Made by a program: the position numbers and the translations under genes. From Terriglobia bacterium (GTDB lineage Bacteria > Acidobacteriota > Terriglobia > 2-12-FULL-54-10), in assembly GCA_963666975.2 (NCBI GenBank), contig CAXVYR010000004.1, forward strand, positions 2,176,001 to 2,240,000: a stretch of DNA of 64,000 bases. The letters are read 5' to 3'. Numbering within the stretch: the stretch's first letter is position 1; the number at the start of each line of letters is the position of its first letter. Positions 50,254 to 59,780 of this stretch are shown in pieces. Below the pieces are notes generated by a model that was given only the letters and a program-made list of their open reading frames with translations, did not search any database and was not told the origin of the DNA.

Positions 50254-50369
50254 ATAAGCCCTCCAACATAATTTTGTAAGACTGTGGGAAGCGCACCTTC
50301 CAAAGCAATAACTAAACGACACCCCGCCTCATAAGGAACGACTCGACCCAAAATTCTCCAGTTGCTACC

Positions 50370-50399
50370 TTTTTACGCCTGTTCCTAACAGTCTGTCAA
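50370..50399 (-). promoter_or_regulatory. Candidate sigma70 promoter for the TBDR
   Basis: TTGACA-N18-TAAAAA. Confidence 0.35.
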
Positions 50400-51236
50400 G
50401 GGTTTTTTATTGGAGTGTGTAATTAAAATTTAAGGATGATATGTCCTGTGGAATTAGCAAGTTAAGTGTTCTCTAGTAGGCGGCCTGGGGTAAGACCTCC
50501 TGTCCGGGAAGTGGAGATGGATGTTTGACTTCAGCGGAAATGGGAGCGATTTGAGACGGGGGGTAAGATACACAGTTTGAAGTTTGGTTCACCCCAAACT
50601 TAGGGATTAGACTGACGGAGCGAGCAGAGGCAGTCTAAGGCGGCCTTCGGGGCTCCATGCGGGCCGGAAAGGGTGAACAGGAAGGGCGAAAGCGAGCCGA
50701 GGGCCCAAGGGGTCTGGGGGATCAGAGATCCTGCCGGCGCCATTCCCCGGCCAAGGCCAGTTGGAAGCTGCAGGCTTTCACCGCCAGGATCACCGGCTAC
50801 CGGGCGAAGTAACTTCGCAGGGCGCTCGGGGTCGTTGGCGCCGCGACCCTGTAAGGAGAATTTATCCGGTTGCATCTATGGCGATCCTGTAACAAAATCG
50901 TCGGTGAAGGTCTACTCCGATGTAGACCATCCCGTGCGTGCTGGCTGTGAAATGGTTTCTTGCTCGCAACCATTCCTGTCGCCTCCAGGCACGGCGTCTT
51001 CATTTTATCTAAGGGGATGGACGGACTCCTGCGAGGCTCAGATGTGCGGTGACTTCCCTCATGCGCTACAGCGCGGCGAACATCCCGCGATTGGCGGCAT
51101 GCGACGCCACGGTTGAACTCATGCCCTGACGGTTCAGATCGTCACCGTATTCTATAATCCTCAATAGCAGATCAAGACTTCTAGCCGTAGGACAGGCCTC
51201 CAGGGACTGTTCTCCAATCACCCCGGGAGGAACGCC

Positions 51237-53060
51237 ATGAGGAAACTCCGTGATTCCTGGCTTGCCGCTTGCCTAATTTCTCTTCTCTGGATCCTCCCCG
51301 TTTCCGCTGCTCCTCAAGGCGAACAGCCGGGCATCCTGGTGATCGAAGGGGGGACCCTGATTGACGGCAACGGAGGAGAGCCTGTGCCGGATGCCGTAGT
51401 CGTCATCCGGGGAAACAGGATCGAGAGTGTGTCTCGAAAGGGGCAAGCGCGCTACCCGGCGGACGCGCAGGTACTTCAAGCCGACGGAAAGTTCATCCTG
51501 CCCGGCTTGATGGACGCGCATGTTCACTACGCTGGATGGATGCCGGAACTGATGCTCTCTCACGGCGTGACGTCGATCTTTTCAATCGGCACCGGAGGCC
51601 AGTGGGCCGTTGCCCAACGCGAGGCGATTGACCGGGGCAAGATTCCCGGTCCCAGAACCTTTGTGGCAGTGGGCACCGTGCTTGGGCCGTGGCACACGGA
51701 AATGGCCCCGATGACGAGTCGCCAGGTGATTGACTCGCCTGAAAAGGCAAGAGAAGCCGTGAAACGTTATATTGCCGCTGGGGCCGATATGGTCAATGTG
51801 CAACGGGGACTCACGCTGGAAGCCTGGAAGGCGGTCATCGAGGAGGCTCATCAAGCAGGCTTGCCCGTCGTGGCCCAGCCCATAGGACCCACGGTTTACG
51901 CGAGGGAAGCCATCCTGGCCGGGGCCGATATTCTGGAGCATGCGGCCGGAGTGGGTTACTCGATCGTCAAAGACCCTTCCCAGTGGGAGGGCTACGGCGA
52001 CGTCGAAGTGCACTCGATCGATCCGACTCCTTTTGCCGACATGGACGAGAGGAAGGCTGCGGAACTGATCCAACTGATGGTAGAGCGCAACGTCTATTTG
52101 GAACCGGACATGATCGCCGTGGGGCGGGGATTTCAAGCAGGCCGTGAGCGCTTTGAGTTGCAAGACCGCAGGTTGCTGGACAACCCGGGCCTTGCCTATG
52201 TTCCCGAACAGAACCGCCAAAAGATTTTCATGACCTACAGAGAATTTGAGCATCTGGAGCCTGCCGAATGGGAACGCAAGCAAAAGGGTTACCAGAACAT
52301 GCTGCGGTTTATCCGGCAGTTCGCGCAGGCTGGAGGAAAGGTGATGACCGGGACAGACGCCGCAGGCTGGGATGTGCCCGGTCTAGGCTTGCATCATGAG
52401 ATGGAGATACTAGTGGAGGAGGCCGGGCTGACCCCGATGCAAGCCATCGTGGCGGCGACCCGGAATCCTGCCGAGGGGTTCCGGGTGCTGGATCGCTTAG
52501 GAACTATCGAGGCAGGCAAGCTGGCTGACTTGGTCATCGTCAATGACGATCCCCTGGAAAACATCCGCAACCTGCAGGACATCGAGTGGGTGGTCAAAGA
52601 TGGGAAGGTGGTGGATCGAACTTACCATGCCTGGTTTCAGAACCCGTTGCCGCGCGGCAGGGCAACAGCTCAGGACTGGTTCGCAGCCCTGAAGCGACAG
52701 TCCCTGCAAGGGATTCGAACACGGGCCGGCTTGAGGGACCCCACCTGGTCGTTTGGGCAGCCCACCCCGGGGATCGAATCGATCTCTCCGAGCATGGTTA
52801 CGGAAGGAGAACCGACCCGGACCCTGACCATCAAGGGAGTGAACTTCACCACCAGATCGCTGGCCTATTTTGACGGCAAGCCCGTACCCACCCGTCTAGC
52901 GAGTGAAACGGAGCTGAGAGTTACAATCGACGCCGGCTTCATCGCACGCGTTGGGACATATCCTATCGTAGTAAGGAATCCGGGACTGTCCCAGCAACCG
53001 CAATGGGGGGGAGATACGTCGAACACGGCTCACCTCCTGGTGAATTTTAAACCAGAATAA
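51237..53060 (+). CDS. Exported amidohydrolase (amidohydro_1-type) with C-terminal IPT/TIG domain
   Basis: Signal peptide, PGLMDAHVH, EH, GTDA, GTIEAGKLADL and PGIESISP...G.NF...V.V.NP. Confidence 0.9.
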   Translation: MRKLRDSWLAACLISLLWILPVSAAPQGEQPGILVIEGGTLIDGNGGEPVPDAVVVIRGNRIESVSRKGQARYPADAQVLQADGKFILPGLMDAHVHYAGWMPELMLSHGVTSIFSIGTGGQWAVAQREAIDRGKIPGPRTFVAVGTVLGPWHTEMAPMTSRQVIDSPEKAREAVKRYIAAGADMVNVQRGLTLEAWKAVIEEAHQAGLPVVAQPIGPTVYAREAILAGADILEHAAGVGYSIVKDPSQWEGYGDVEVHSIDPTPFADMDERKAAELIQLMVERNVYLEPDMIAVGRGFQAGRERFELQDRRLLDNPGLAYVPEQNRQKIFMTYREFEHLEPAEWERKQKGYQNMLRFIRQFAQAGGKVMTGTDAAGWDVPGLGLHHEMEILVEEAGLTPMQAIVAATRNPAEGFRVLDRLGTIEAGKLADLVIVNDDPLENIRNLQDIEWVVKDGKVVDRTYHAWFQNPLPRGRATAQDWFAALKRQSLQGIRTRAGLRDPTWSFGQPTPGIESISPSMVTEGEPTRTLTIKGVNFTTRSLAYFDGKPVPTRLASETELRVTIDAGFIARVGTYPIVVRNPGLSQQPQWGGDTSNTAHLLVNFKPE

Positions 53061-53107
53061 TCAAGCATTGTGCTTGGCGGAAGAGCCAGGCTTGCAACGA
53101 GGCTTTT

Positions 53108-55210
53108 ATGAATCTAAGAAAAATATCGGCGATGATGGTCAGCCTGTTTATGGGAGCGGCTCTGTGCGGAGGGGGGCTGATCGGAGAATCGGCCAAGGGA
53201 CAGACTCCCTCCCAGCAAGCGGCAACAGGCAATTTCCAGCGCTCGGTGGAAATCTATAACTTTACGATGGGCGCCACCAGTGGTCCGCAGCGCGGAGAAG
53301 AAATTTATTACTTCAAATGTTGGGTGTGCCACAACGACTACACCATAAAGGCGGGAACTCCTGCTCCTCCGCTCAAGGACCTCTTCCAGCGTCCCAGGCT
53401 GATGACAGGACAACCGGTGAATGAGGAAACGGTAGCGGAGAAAATCCGCGACGGCGGGCCCCTGATGCCGGCGTACCGTCACACTTTGGCCGATGCGGAC
53501 ATCGCGGATTTGATGAGCTATTTCCGGGATGAGAAGTGTTGCTTCGACGGGGAGGAGCCACCGGCTAACCCCCGGTATCGCGCGACCTCCGGGGCGAGGA
53601 TGGAGTTCCCAGGCCGGAACAACCTGCGGGGAGGACCCAGGGGAGCGGTGCAATCTGCCTCGACGATCCCGCTAGAGGGGATCCTGGTGCAGTTAATCGC
53701 CCACGAGAACTCCATCCGGACCACCGTATATAGCAACGAGGAAGGGCGCTACGAATTCCCCAAACTGCCGACGGGAGTCTATACGCTGCGAATCGCGCGG
53801 CCGCTGGAATTCCGGCCCTACCAGAAGGACTCGGTTCGGATCGACGGAGCAACGGAGTTGGAGGACATTGTTCTGGAGCGGGTGACCGATTCCGATCTGC
53901 TGCCCCCCACGCGGGAGATCAAGGCCCAACTCGCCGGGGCGGAGTGGCTGATGAACCTTCCGGGCACAGGACAGGAGAAAAGGGTGTTCAGCCATGCCTG
54001 CGGGTTTGGGTGCCATTCCTACCAGCAGGTTTTTCGCAATCAGTATGACGAGCACAGTTGGCGTCTGATTGTGGACCGGATGGTCAATTACATAGGCTCG
54101 CCACTCATCCTTCCCTTTCGACAACTCAGCGAGGTTCCGGAAAGCGAACGTCGGGGTCGCTCGGGGTTGCCCTTCCAGGAGGAACTAGACCTCCTGGTGA
54201 AATGGCTGGCGAGGGTTCGAGGACCCGGGTCAGAAGATGCACCGTTCGAGGTATTACCTGGACCGCGCGGGGCAGCCACGCGGGTGATCGTAACCGAGTA
54301 CGAGTTGCCACGGTTGCTGCTCGCTCCGCATGATGTGGTGGGGGACTCCAAGGGGAATATCTGGTATACCCCCCATCGTAGCCCTTACATCGGAAAACTG
54401 GACCCGCGCACGGGAATGGTTACCGAGTACCGGGTTCCGGATATCCCCGGCGCTCTTCCGGGAACACACTCGATCTGGGCGGATCGGGATGATGTGCTCT
54501 GGATGTCAGAAGTCTGGGCGGGCGCACTCACCAGTTTTGATCCCCGCACAGAAGAGTTCAATCAGGTGCGGTTGGAGACAGGCAGACCTTTCAATGCCCC
54601 GGGCTTTGCGAATTATGCGCTGGCTCCGGACGGTTACGCCTGGAAGGTGATCGGGGGAAAGATTACCAGGATCCATCCCAAAACAGGCAGGTTCGTCAAC
54701 CAATATCCTCTCCAGAAAATCACCTCCACCTACGGCAGCTTGATCAGCGCGGATGGCAATTTCTGGGCTGGAGGCCTGTGGCCGGGAAATCTAGTCGGGG
54801 TGCTGGATATCCGGACGGGGGAAGTAATGGAACTGGAAACCCGCTCCCCCTTGGCAAGCCCCGCGAAAGGATATTTCGATCCGGAGGGGAATGCCTGGTT
54901 TGGAGGCAGGGGTGGCCCGCTGATCAAAGCGGACATCCAGAAACGCCGGACTACGGAGTACTATCCGCCCACCCCCTACGTGACCTTCTACGAGGCGCTG
55001 GCAGACAAGCACGGAGAAATATGGGGCGGAGAATTGCATGGAGGTCGATTCGTCCGATTGAATCCCCGGACGGAGCGGTTGATCGAATACGTGCTGCCAG
55101 AGCCATATGCACACAATCGGAGGACTTGGATTGACAATTCTACCGACCCGGTCACGGTTTGGTATGTCGACCACAATGGATACATGGTTCGCATTCAGCC
55201 TTTGGAATAA
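53108..55210 (+). CDS. Exported cytochrome c / carboxypeptidase-like / Vgb-type beta-propeller protein
   Basis: CWVCH with distal GGPLMP, TTVYSNEEGRYEFP, CGFGCH, TEYELP..PHDV..D..GNIWY repeats. Confidence 0.82.
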   Translation: MNLRKISAMMVSLFMGAALCGGGLIGESAKGQTPSQQAATGNFQRSVEIYNFTMGATSGPQRGEEIYYFKCWVCHNDYTIKAGTPAPPLKDLFQRPRLMTGQPVNEETVAEKIRDGGPLMPAYRHTLADADIADLMSYFRDEKCCFDGEEPPANPRYRATSGARMEFPGRNNLRGGPRGAVQSASTIPLEGILVQLIAHENSIRTTVYSNEEGRYEFPKLPTGVYTLRIARPLEFRPYQKDSVRIDGATELEDIVLERVTDSDLLPPTREIKAQLAGAEWLMNLPGTGQEKRVFSHACGFGCHSYQQVFRNQYDEHSWRLIVDRMVNYIGSPLILPFRQLSEVPESERRGRSGLPFQEELDLLVKWLARVRGPGSEDAPFEVLPGPRGAATRVIVTEYELPRLLLAPHDVVGDSKGNIWYTPHRSPYIGKLDPRTGMVTEYRVPDIPGALPGTHSIWADRDDVLWMSEVWAGALTSFDPRTEEFNQVRLETGRPFNAPGFANYALAPDGYAWKVIGGKITRIHPKTGRFVNQYPLQKITSTYGSLISADGNFWAGGLWPGNLVGVLDIRTGEVMELETRSPLASPAKGYFDPEGNAWFGGRGGPLIKADIQKRRTTEYYPPTPYVTFYEALADKHGEIWGGELHGGRFVRLNPRTERLIEYVLPEPYAHNRRTWIDNSTDPVTVWYVDHNGYMVRIQPLE

Positions 55211-55493
55211 CGGGGCTTGCTTCGAGGTGGCCGAAAACTATTGAGAATCACAGAATAGGGTGACGCCAACGGAAATCCGGACCGCCATCGCCCCCAAAGC
55301 CTGGTTCGCCAATAATGCCAGCGACGGTTGAGATCATCCTGTCCGGGCCGACCTTATGAATGACGCTTGGAGATCTGTTGGAGCTGTAGAAATGGCGGAA
55401 GGCATGGTTCCATTAAATGGGGATCCGCAATACTGAGCGGTATGATTCAATCTCTTTTCTTCTCATAGGAATAATAATAATATCGTCCCCGTA

Positions 55494-55977
55494 TTATTCC
55501 TCGGCTCCAGCCTTCTTGAGGATTTCGACCACTTCGGTTTGCCCGAGCACCCGCGCCGCCATCAATGCCGTCACTCCATTCTGAGTTTTGGCATTGATGT
55601 CCGCGCCCGCTTCAAGCAAGGCTCGTACGATCGCAGTGTGGCCGCCCACTGCCGCCAGGACCAAGGCCGTTCTGCCGTCCTTGTCTTCGTCGTTGTCTTT
55701 GACTGGAGCATCGACATTTGCCCCCGCGTCGAGCAACACCTGCACGGTATCGGCGTGGCCATTGGATGCTGCCCATATCAAGGCGGTCCTGCCCTCCATG
55801 TCATCTTTCGGCATTGACATCTGCCCCTGCGTCGAGCAGCGCCTGCACGGCAGCGGCGTCACCCTGAATGGCCGCGCCAATCAGTTCTTGGCCACTCGGC
55901 CTGCTGCATCCCGTTCGCGTGAGCAGGAGCGTGGCCAGAAGTGCAAGAAGCAAAAGTATTTGACGGGCGCGCCGCAT
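55494..55977 (-). pseudogene. Ankyrin-repeat (lipo)protein with +1 frameshift near 55810
   Basis: GAGGAGG RBS. MRRARQILLLLALL...TGCS...LLDAGADVNA, then a frameshift to KDDMEGRTALIWAA. Confidence 0.8.
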
Positions 55978-56074
55978 AACGCCTCCTCAAATGCCATACC
56001 CGACAGGTCAGCCTTGCAATGATTGTACACTTGTGGCGCGGCCATGGCGATTGCCGAGGCGCTGGTCAATTTGC

Positions 56075-59000
56075 TTAGAACGAGAATCGCAACGCAAACT
56101 GAATCTGTCGGGCAGTGGTGGCGGTGCTTCCAATCCTTCCCGCGGAGGGGTTGAGGCGTCCGGAAGATCCTGAGAAGATTATCGCGGCTCCGCCAAAAGT
56201 CTGATCAAAATTGGTATGGTTTGGCAGGTTGAAAAATTCCGCTCGAAATTGAAGCCGCCTCTTGGAATCCAGCACAATTTCCCGCTGAAGGGAAATATCC
56301 ATAGTAAAGACGCTAGGCGCGGTGATGGTGTTGCGCCCGACATTCCCCAGGGTGCCCGGCGGGGGCAAGCTGTACACCGAGGGGTCGAAATATTGTTCGG
56401 GGTCACCCAGAATGGGGTTATTGCTCCGGCCGGGAAGCAAGTTAGGCCGGCTGGCGGCAAACAGGAACCCGGGGCTGCGGGCATTAACTGCGGGGGTATA
56501 AGGGATTCCAGTGCGAAACCTGACAATTCCTCCCATCCGCCACCCTCCGAGAATTTGCGAAAGGACGCCGGAGTTCAGCCAGCGCTGTCCACCACCTAGT
56601 GGCGGCGTGTAAAAGTAGTTAATTACGAAACGATGGCGCACGTCGAAATTGGAAAGGCCTCGATCCAGATTGCGCCTCAGCCCATACTGGGAGGAACTCC
56701 CAACAAAGGAAGTAAAGGAATGAGAGGAGGCGTCATCCACGCTCTTACTGAAGGTGTAGCCGGCACGCAAGGAAATTCCCCGACTGAGGCTCTTGTCAGC
56801 GGAGAGCTGAAGAGAATTATAAAAAGATTGCGCATCACTATTTAGAATGCTAATCCCTCCGAACGCAGGATTCACCGGGCCGGCATTAGGTCGGCAATCC
56901 GGAATGGCGGTCTCCCCCGGCGGAGGGCATGCCGCAGGAAAGAACAATGATCCGTCTCCCCTGATTTCCGGGACAGGAAACAGGTTCGCTTCGTAGCCAC
57001 GGAACAGATGATTGCCCCTGGCCCCCACGTAGGAGGCACGGGCACGCCAGCCTCCGGGGAGCTGCTGTTGCAGAGTGAAGTTGTAACGCAGCACCATTGG
57101 GGTGGTCGTGTGCTGGTAATCCAGGATTCGAGCTTCAAGGGGGGTTCCTGCGACGGCCGCTACCGCGTCGGGGAAGCTCTCCGAGGAATCAAAATTGGTT
57201 CTCACCGCTTTCCGGAAAAAAGGAAGCGTGCTTTTGAGCTGGTCTACCACATATTCAAGCATTTGATCGTAGTAAATCCCAAAGCCGCCGCTCAGCATCG
57301 TGTTTCCGCTGTTTCCAGGAGACCAGGAAATACCCAGGCGCGGAGAAAGATTGCGCAACGAGGGGTTATTCTTCAAAAAGGGCCCCACCTGCACCTCGGA
57401 GTCCCGCACCGGGTCAGGGAGAAAAGAGGTCTTGCCATCCTTGTCGTGGATGAGCGTGGCAAATTCATAGCGGACGCCCAAGTTGAGCTGAAGCCGGGAA
57501 CTCAACGCATATGCATCCTGAACATAGAAGCCCACCAGGGTCTGGCGGAAAGCCTTTCTGTTATCCGCTCCCGGAAAAGCAACCGTCAAGTTGGTTCCCT
57601 CCGGTCCCCCCTGGAGAAAGCTCTCTATGCTATTGAAAGACCACTTGCCTCCTTTGTCCGATCCGGAGAACACATCCCAGCGATAGCGGTGAATGTCGAA
57701 TCCCATCTTCAGCGCGTGGCCTCCCCGCTGGGTCACCAGATCGTCCGCAAACTGAAATGTATTCATTATCCTGTCTTGGGGTGTGTATGTCTGAGGGCCG
57801 AAAGGAGTCAAACCTGGGACGTCGAACCGTCCGAACTGGGGAGCGTCGGGAACAAAATATAACGAACGGGGGATCTCAATAGAGGATGAACTCTCTTGTG
57901 CTAACACCGGCCTGGTGTATCCAACGCGGAACGAGTTCAATAGGCGAGGATTAAATATATGGGTTTCCACGAGAGTCAGATACTGTTGGCGGCTGTTGTT
58001 CAGGGCGGTGAAGATAAATGAGGCCTGTCCGCCATGACTGGTGGCGTCGTCAAAGGTATAGCGGGCAAAGAGGCTGTCCCGCTCGGAAATCTGGTGATCC
58101 AGCCGAACGGTGAAAAAATTTTCATTGGTGGGCAAGAACAGCGGGGCGGCGTTTTGCTGGATCCCTCCCCCCAGCGGAACCGAGTTGGGTAAAGGATAAA
58201 GCTCCAGGTAAGGTACCACCCTCGGGTTCACCGGAACGGTCTGAATCACTGCTCCGGAAGCGTCGGTGATCATCCCCTGCCGGGCCAGCTCGTCTGGAAA
58301 GAAGTCAATTTCCGTCTTGGTCAGCCGGTCGCGCAACCCCTCAAAGCTGCCCATGAAAAAGGTCCTTTCCTTCACCACCGGACCCGTGAGGGTGAAGCCG
58401 AATTGGTTGCGCTTGAAGGGGGTAGGCTCCGGGCCGGGGTCAAAGAAATTCCGGGCATCGAGCTTGCTGTTGCGTAAGAACTCGAAAAAGGTGCCGTGGA
58501 ACTCGGGCGTCCCGGAGCGGCTGATGGAGTTCAGAACACCACCGCTAGCGCGGCCATATTCCGCCCCGTAGTTGCTGCTGAATACCAGAACCTGGAGAAC
58601 CGCGTCAGAACCCAACTGCCCACCGGCCGCGCTTCGGGGAACCCGGTTCTCGCTGTTCATTATATTGGTCCCGTCCAATAAAAAGGCGTTCGAGGTAGAC
58701 CGCCCTCCTGCGACGGTCAACCCCCCGCTGCCGCCTCCCCGCGAGCCTGAACCGGCAAAAGGATCGCTCACACCGGCCTGGAGAGTCGCCAGTTGGCTAT
58801 AACTGCGACCGTTGAGAGGAAGACCGACTAGCTGGCTTTCACTGATCTGGCCTGCATTGATGGCAGAGGACTCCCTGTCTGTACCCGCGCCCTGGGCCGT
58901 TCGTTCCTGATCTCCGGAATCTCGTTCCAACACCAAATCCAAAGTCACCAACTGCTCTGCGCCCAGTTCCAACCCTTCCTGCAACCGGCTGACAAAGCCA

Positions 59001-59278
59001 GCATGGGAAGTCTGGACTTCGTAAGTACCAGGAACCAATCGTTGGATTTCAAACTGTCCCTCTGCGTCGCTGCTGACGGTACGGCTCAATCCCGTCGCCA
59101 GATGCTTCACCCTCACCGCCGTCCCCGCGAGGGGCGCTCCTGACTGATCCTGCACCGTACCCCGCAGCGTCGCCATGCTCCCCTGTGCCAGCGCCCCTGT
59201 CCTTGCCCAGAAAAGCAGCGTGATCAGGAGCGCTGCCGAAAGAGCCAAACCTTGCATTACTGATTTGTATGCGTGCAT
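56075..59278 (-). CDS. TonB-dependent receptor, Oar-like
   Basis: LRGTVQDQSGA, LPLNGRSY, FKRNQFG and C-terminal RQIQFALRFSF. Start approximate. Confidence 0.92.
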   Translation of the reverse strand: MHAYKSVMQGLALSAALLITLLFWARTGALAQGSMATLRGTVQDQSGAPLAGTAVRVKHLATGLSRTVSSDAEGQFEIQRLVPGTYEVQTSHAGFVSRLQEGLELGAEQLVTLDLVLERDSGDQERTAQGAGTDRESSAINAGQISESQLVGLPLNGRSYSQLATLQAGVSDPFAGSGSRGGGSGGLTVAGGRSTSNAFLLDGTNIMNSENRVPRSAAGGQLGSDAVLQVLVFSSNYGAEYGRASGGVLNSISRSGTPEFHGTFFEFLRNSKLDARNFFDPGPEPTPFKRNQFGFTLTGPVVKERTFFMGSFEGLRDRLTKTEIDFFPDELARQGMITDASGAVIQTVPVNPRVVPYLELYPLPNSVPLGGGIQQNAAPLFLPTNENFFTVRLDHQISERDSLFARYTFDDATSHGGQASFIFTALNNSRQQYLTLVETHIFNPRLLNSFRVGYTRPVLAQESSSSIEIPRSLYFVPDAPQFGRFDVPGLTPFGPQTYTPQDRIMNTFQFADDLVTQRGGHALKMGFDIHRYRWDVFSGSDKGGKWSFNSIESFLQGGPEGTNLTVAFPGADNRKAFRQTLVGFYVQDAYALSSRLQLNLGVRYEFATLIHDKDGKTSFLPDPVRDSEVQVGPFLKNNPSLRNLSPRLGISWSPGNSGNTMLSGGFGIYYDQMLEYVVDQLKSTLPFFRKAVRTNFDSSESFPDAVAAVAGTPLEARILDYQHTTTPMVLRYNFTLQQQLPGGWRARASYVGARGNHLFRGYEANLFPVPEIRGDGSLFFPAACPPPGETAIPDCRPNAGPVNPAFGGISILNSDAQSFYNSLQLSADKSLSRGISLRAGYTFSKSVDDASSHSFTSFVGSSSQYGLRRNLDRGLSNFDVRHRFVINYFYTPPLGGGQRWLNSGVLSQILGGWRMGGIVRFRTGIPYTPAVNARSPGFLFAASRPNLLPGRSNNPILGDPEQYFDPSVYSLPPPGTLGNVGRNTITAPSVFTMDISLQREIVLDSKRRLQFRAEFFNLPNHTNFDQTFGGAAIIFSGSSGRLNPSAGRIGSTATTARQIQFALRFSF

Positions 59279-59780
59279 GTTTCTCATTTCCTCGATAAGG
59301 CGGACTTCAACCGGAATTAGTTTTTTGACCCGCCGACGATTGCGATTGTACACCCATCTGCCTCCAACTGCGCCCTTCCAGCGCAGTTTTGCTGTCAGCG
59401 GCTCTCCGCCTCCCTTTCCGGGTCCCCTATCAGCATCCAGAATCAGCTTTTTCAGACACCTTCCCATTGCAAATGATGCAATTTCATCAAATTCAGGGTA
59501 ACGCGACAAATCTCTTTACTTTCACCCAAAGTTGTGCCATAAGTCCTCGCATTGGCCGAGCGTCAGAGCGGCGCTAGGTACGAGCAGAAGCAATGCGCAG
59601 AGAGTTCACAATGCGAGCTTTTTTTCTAAGGCAAATCTGCGCGGCATTGTTTGACAACAACTTCTGCTTCGTTTGGGTTAAAGCGTCTTTTTTTACGACC
59701 GGCCTGAAATCGCATTAGAAAAATGGCGAGTGGATTATTGCAGCCGTAAGGCTTGATACTTTCACAAGGAGGAGGCATCT

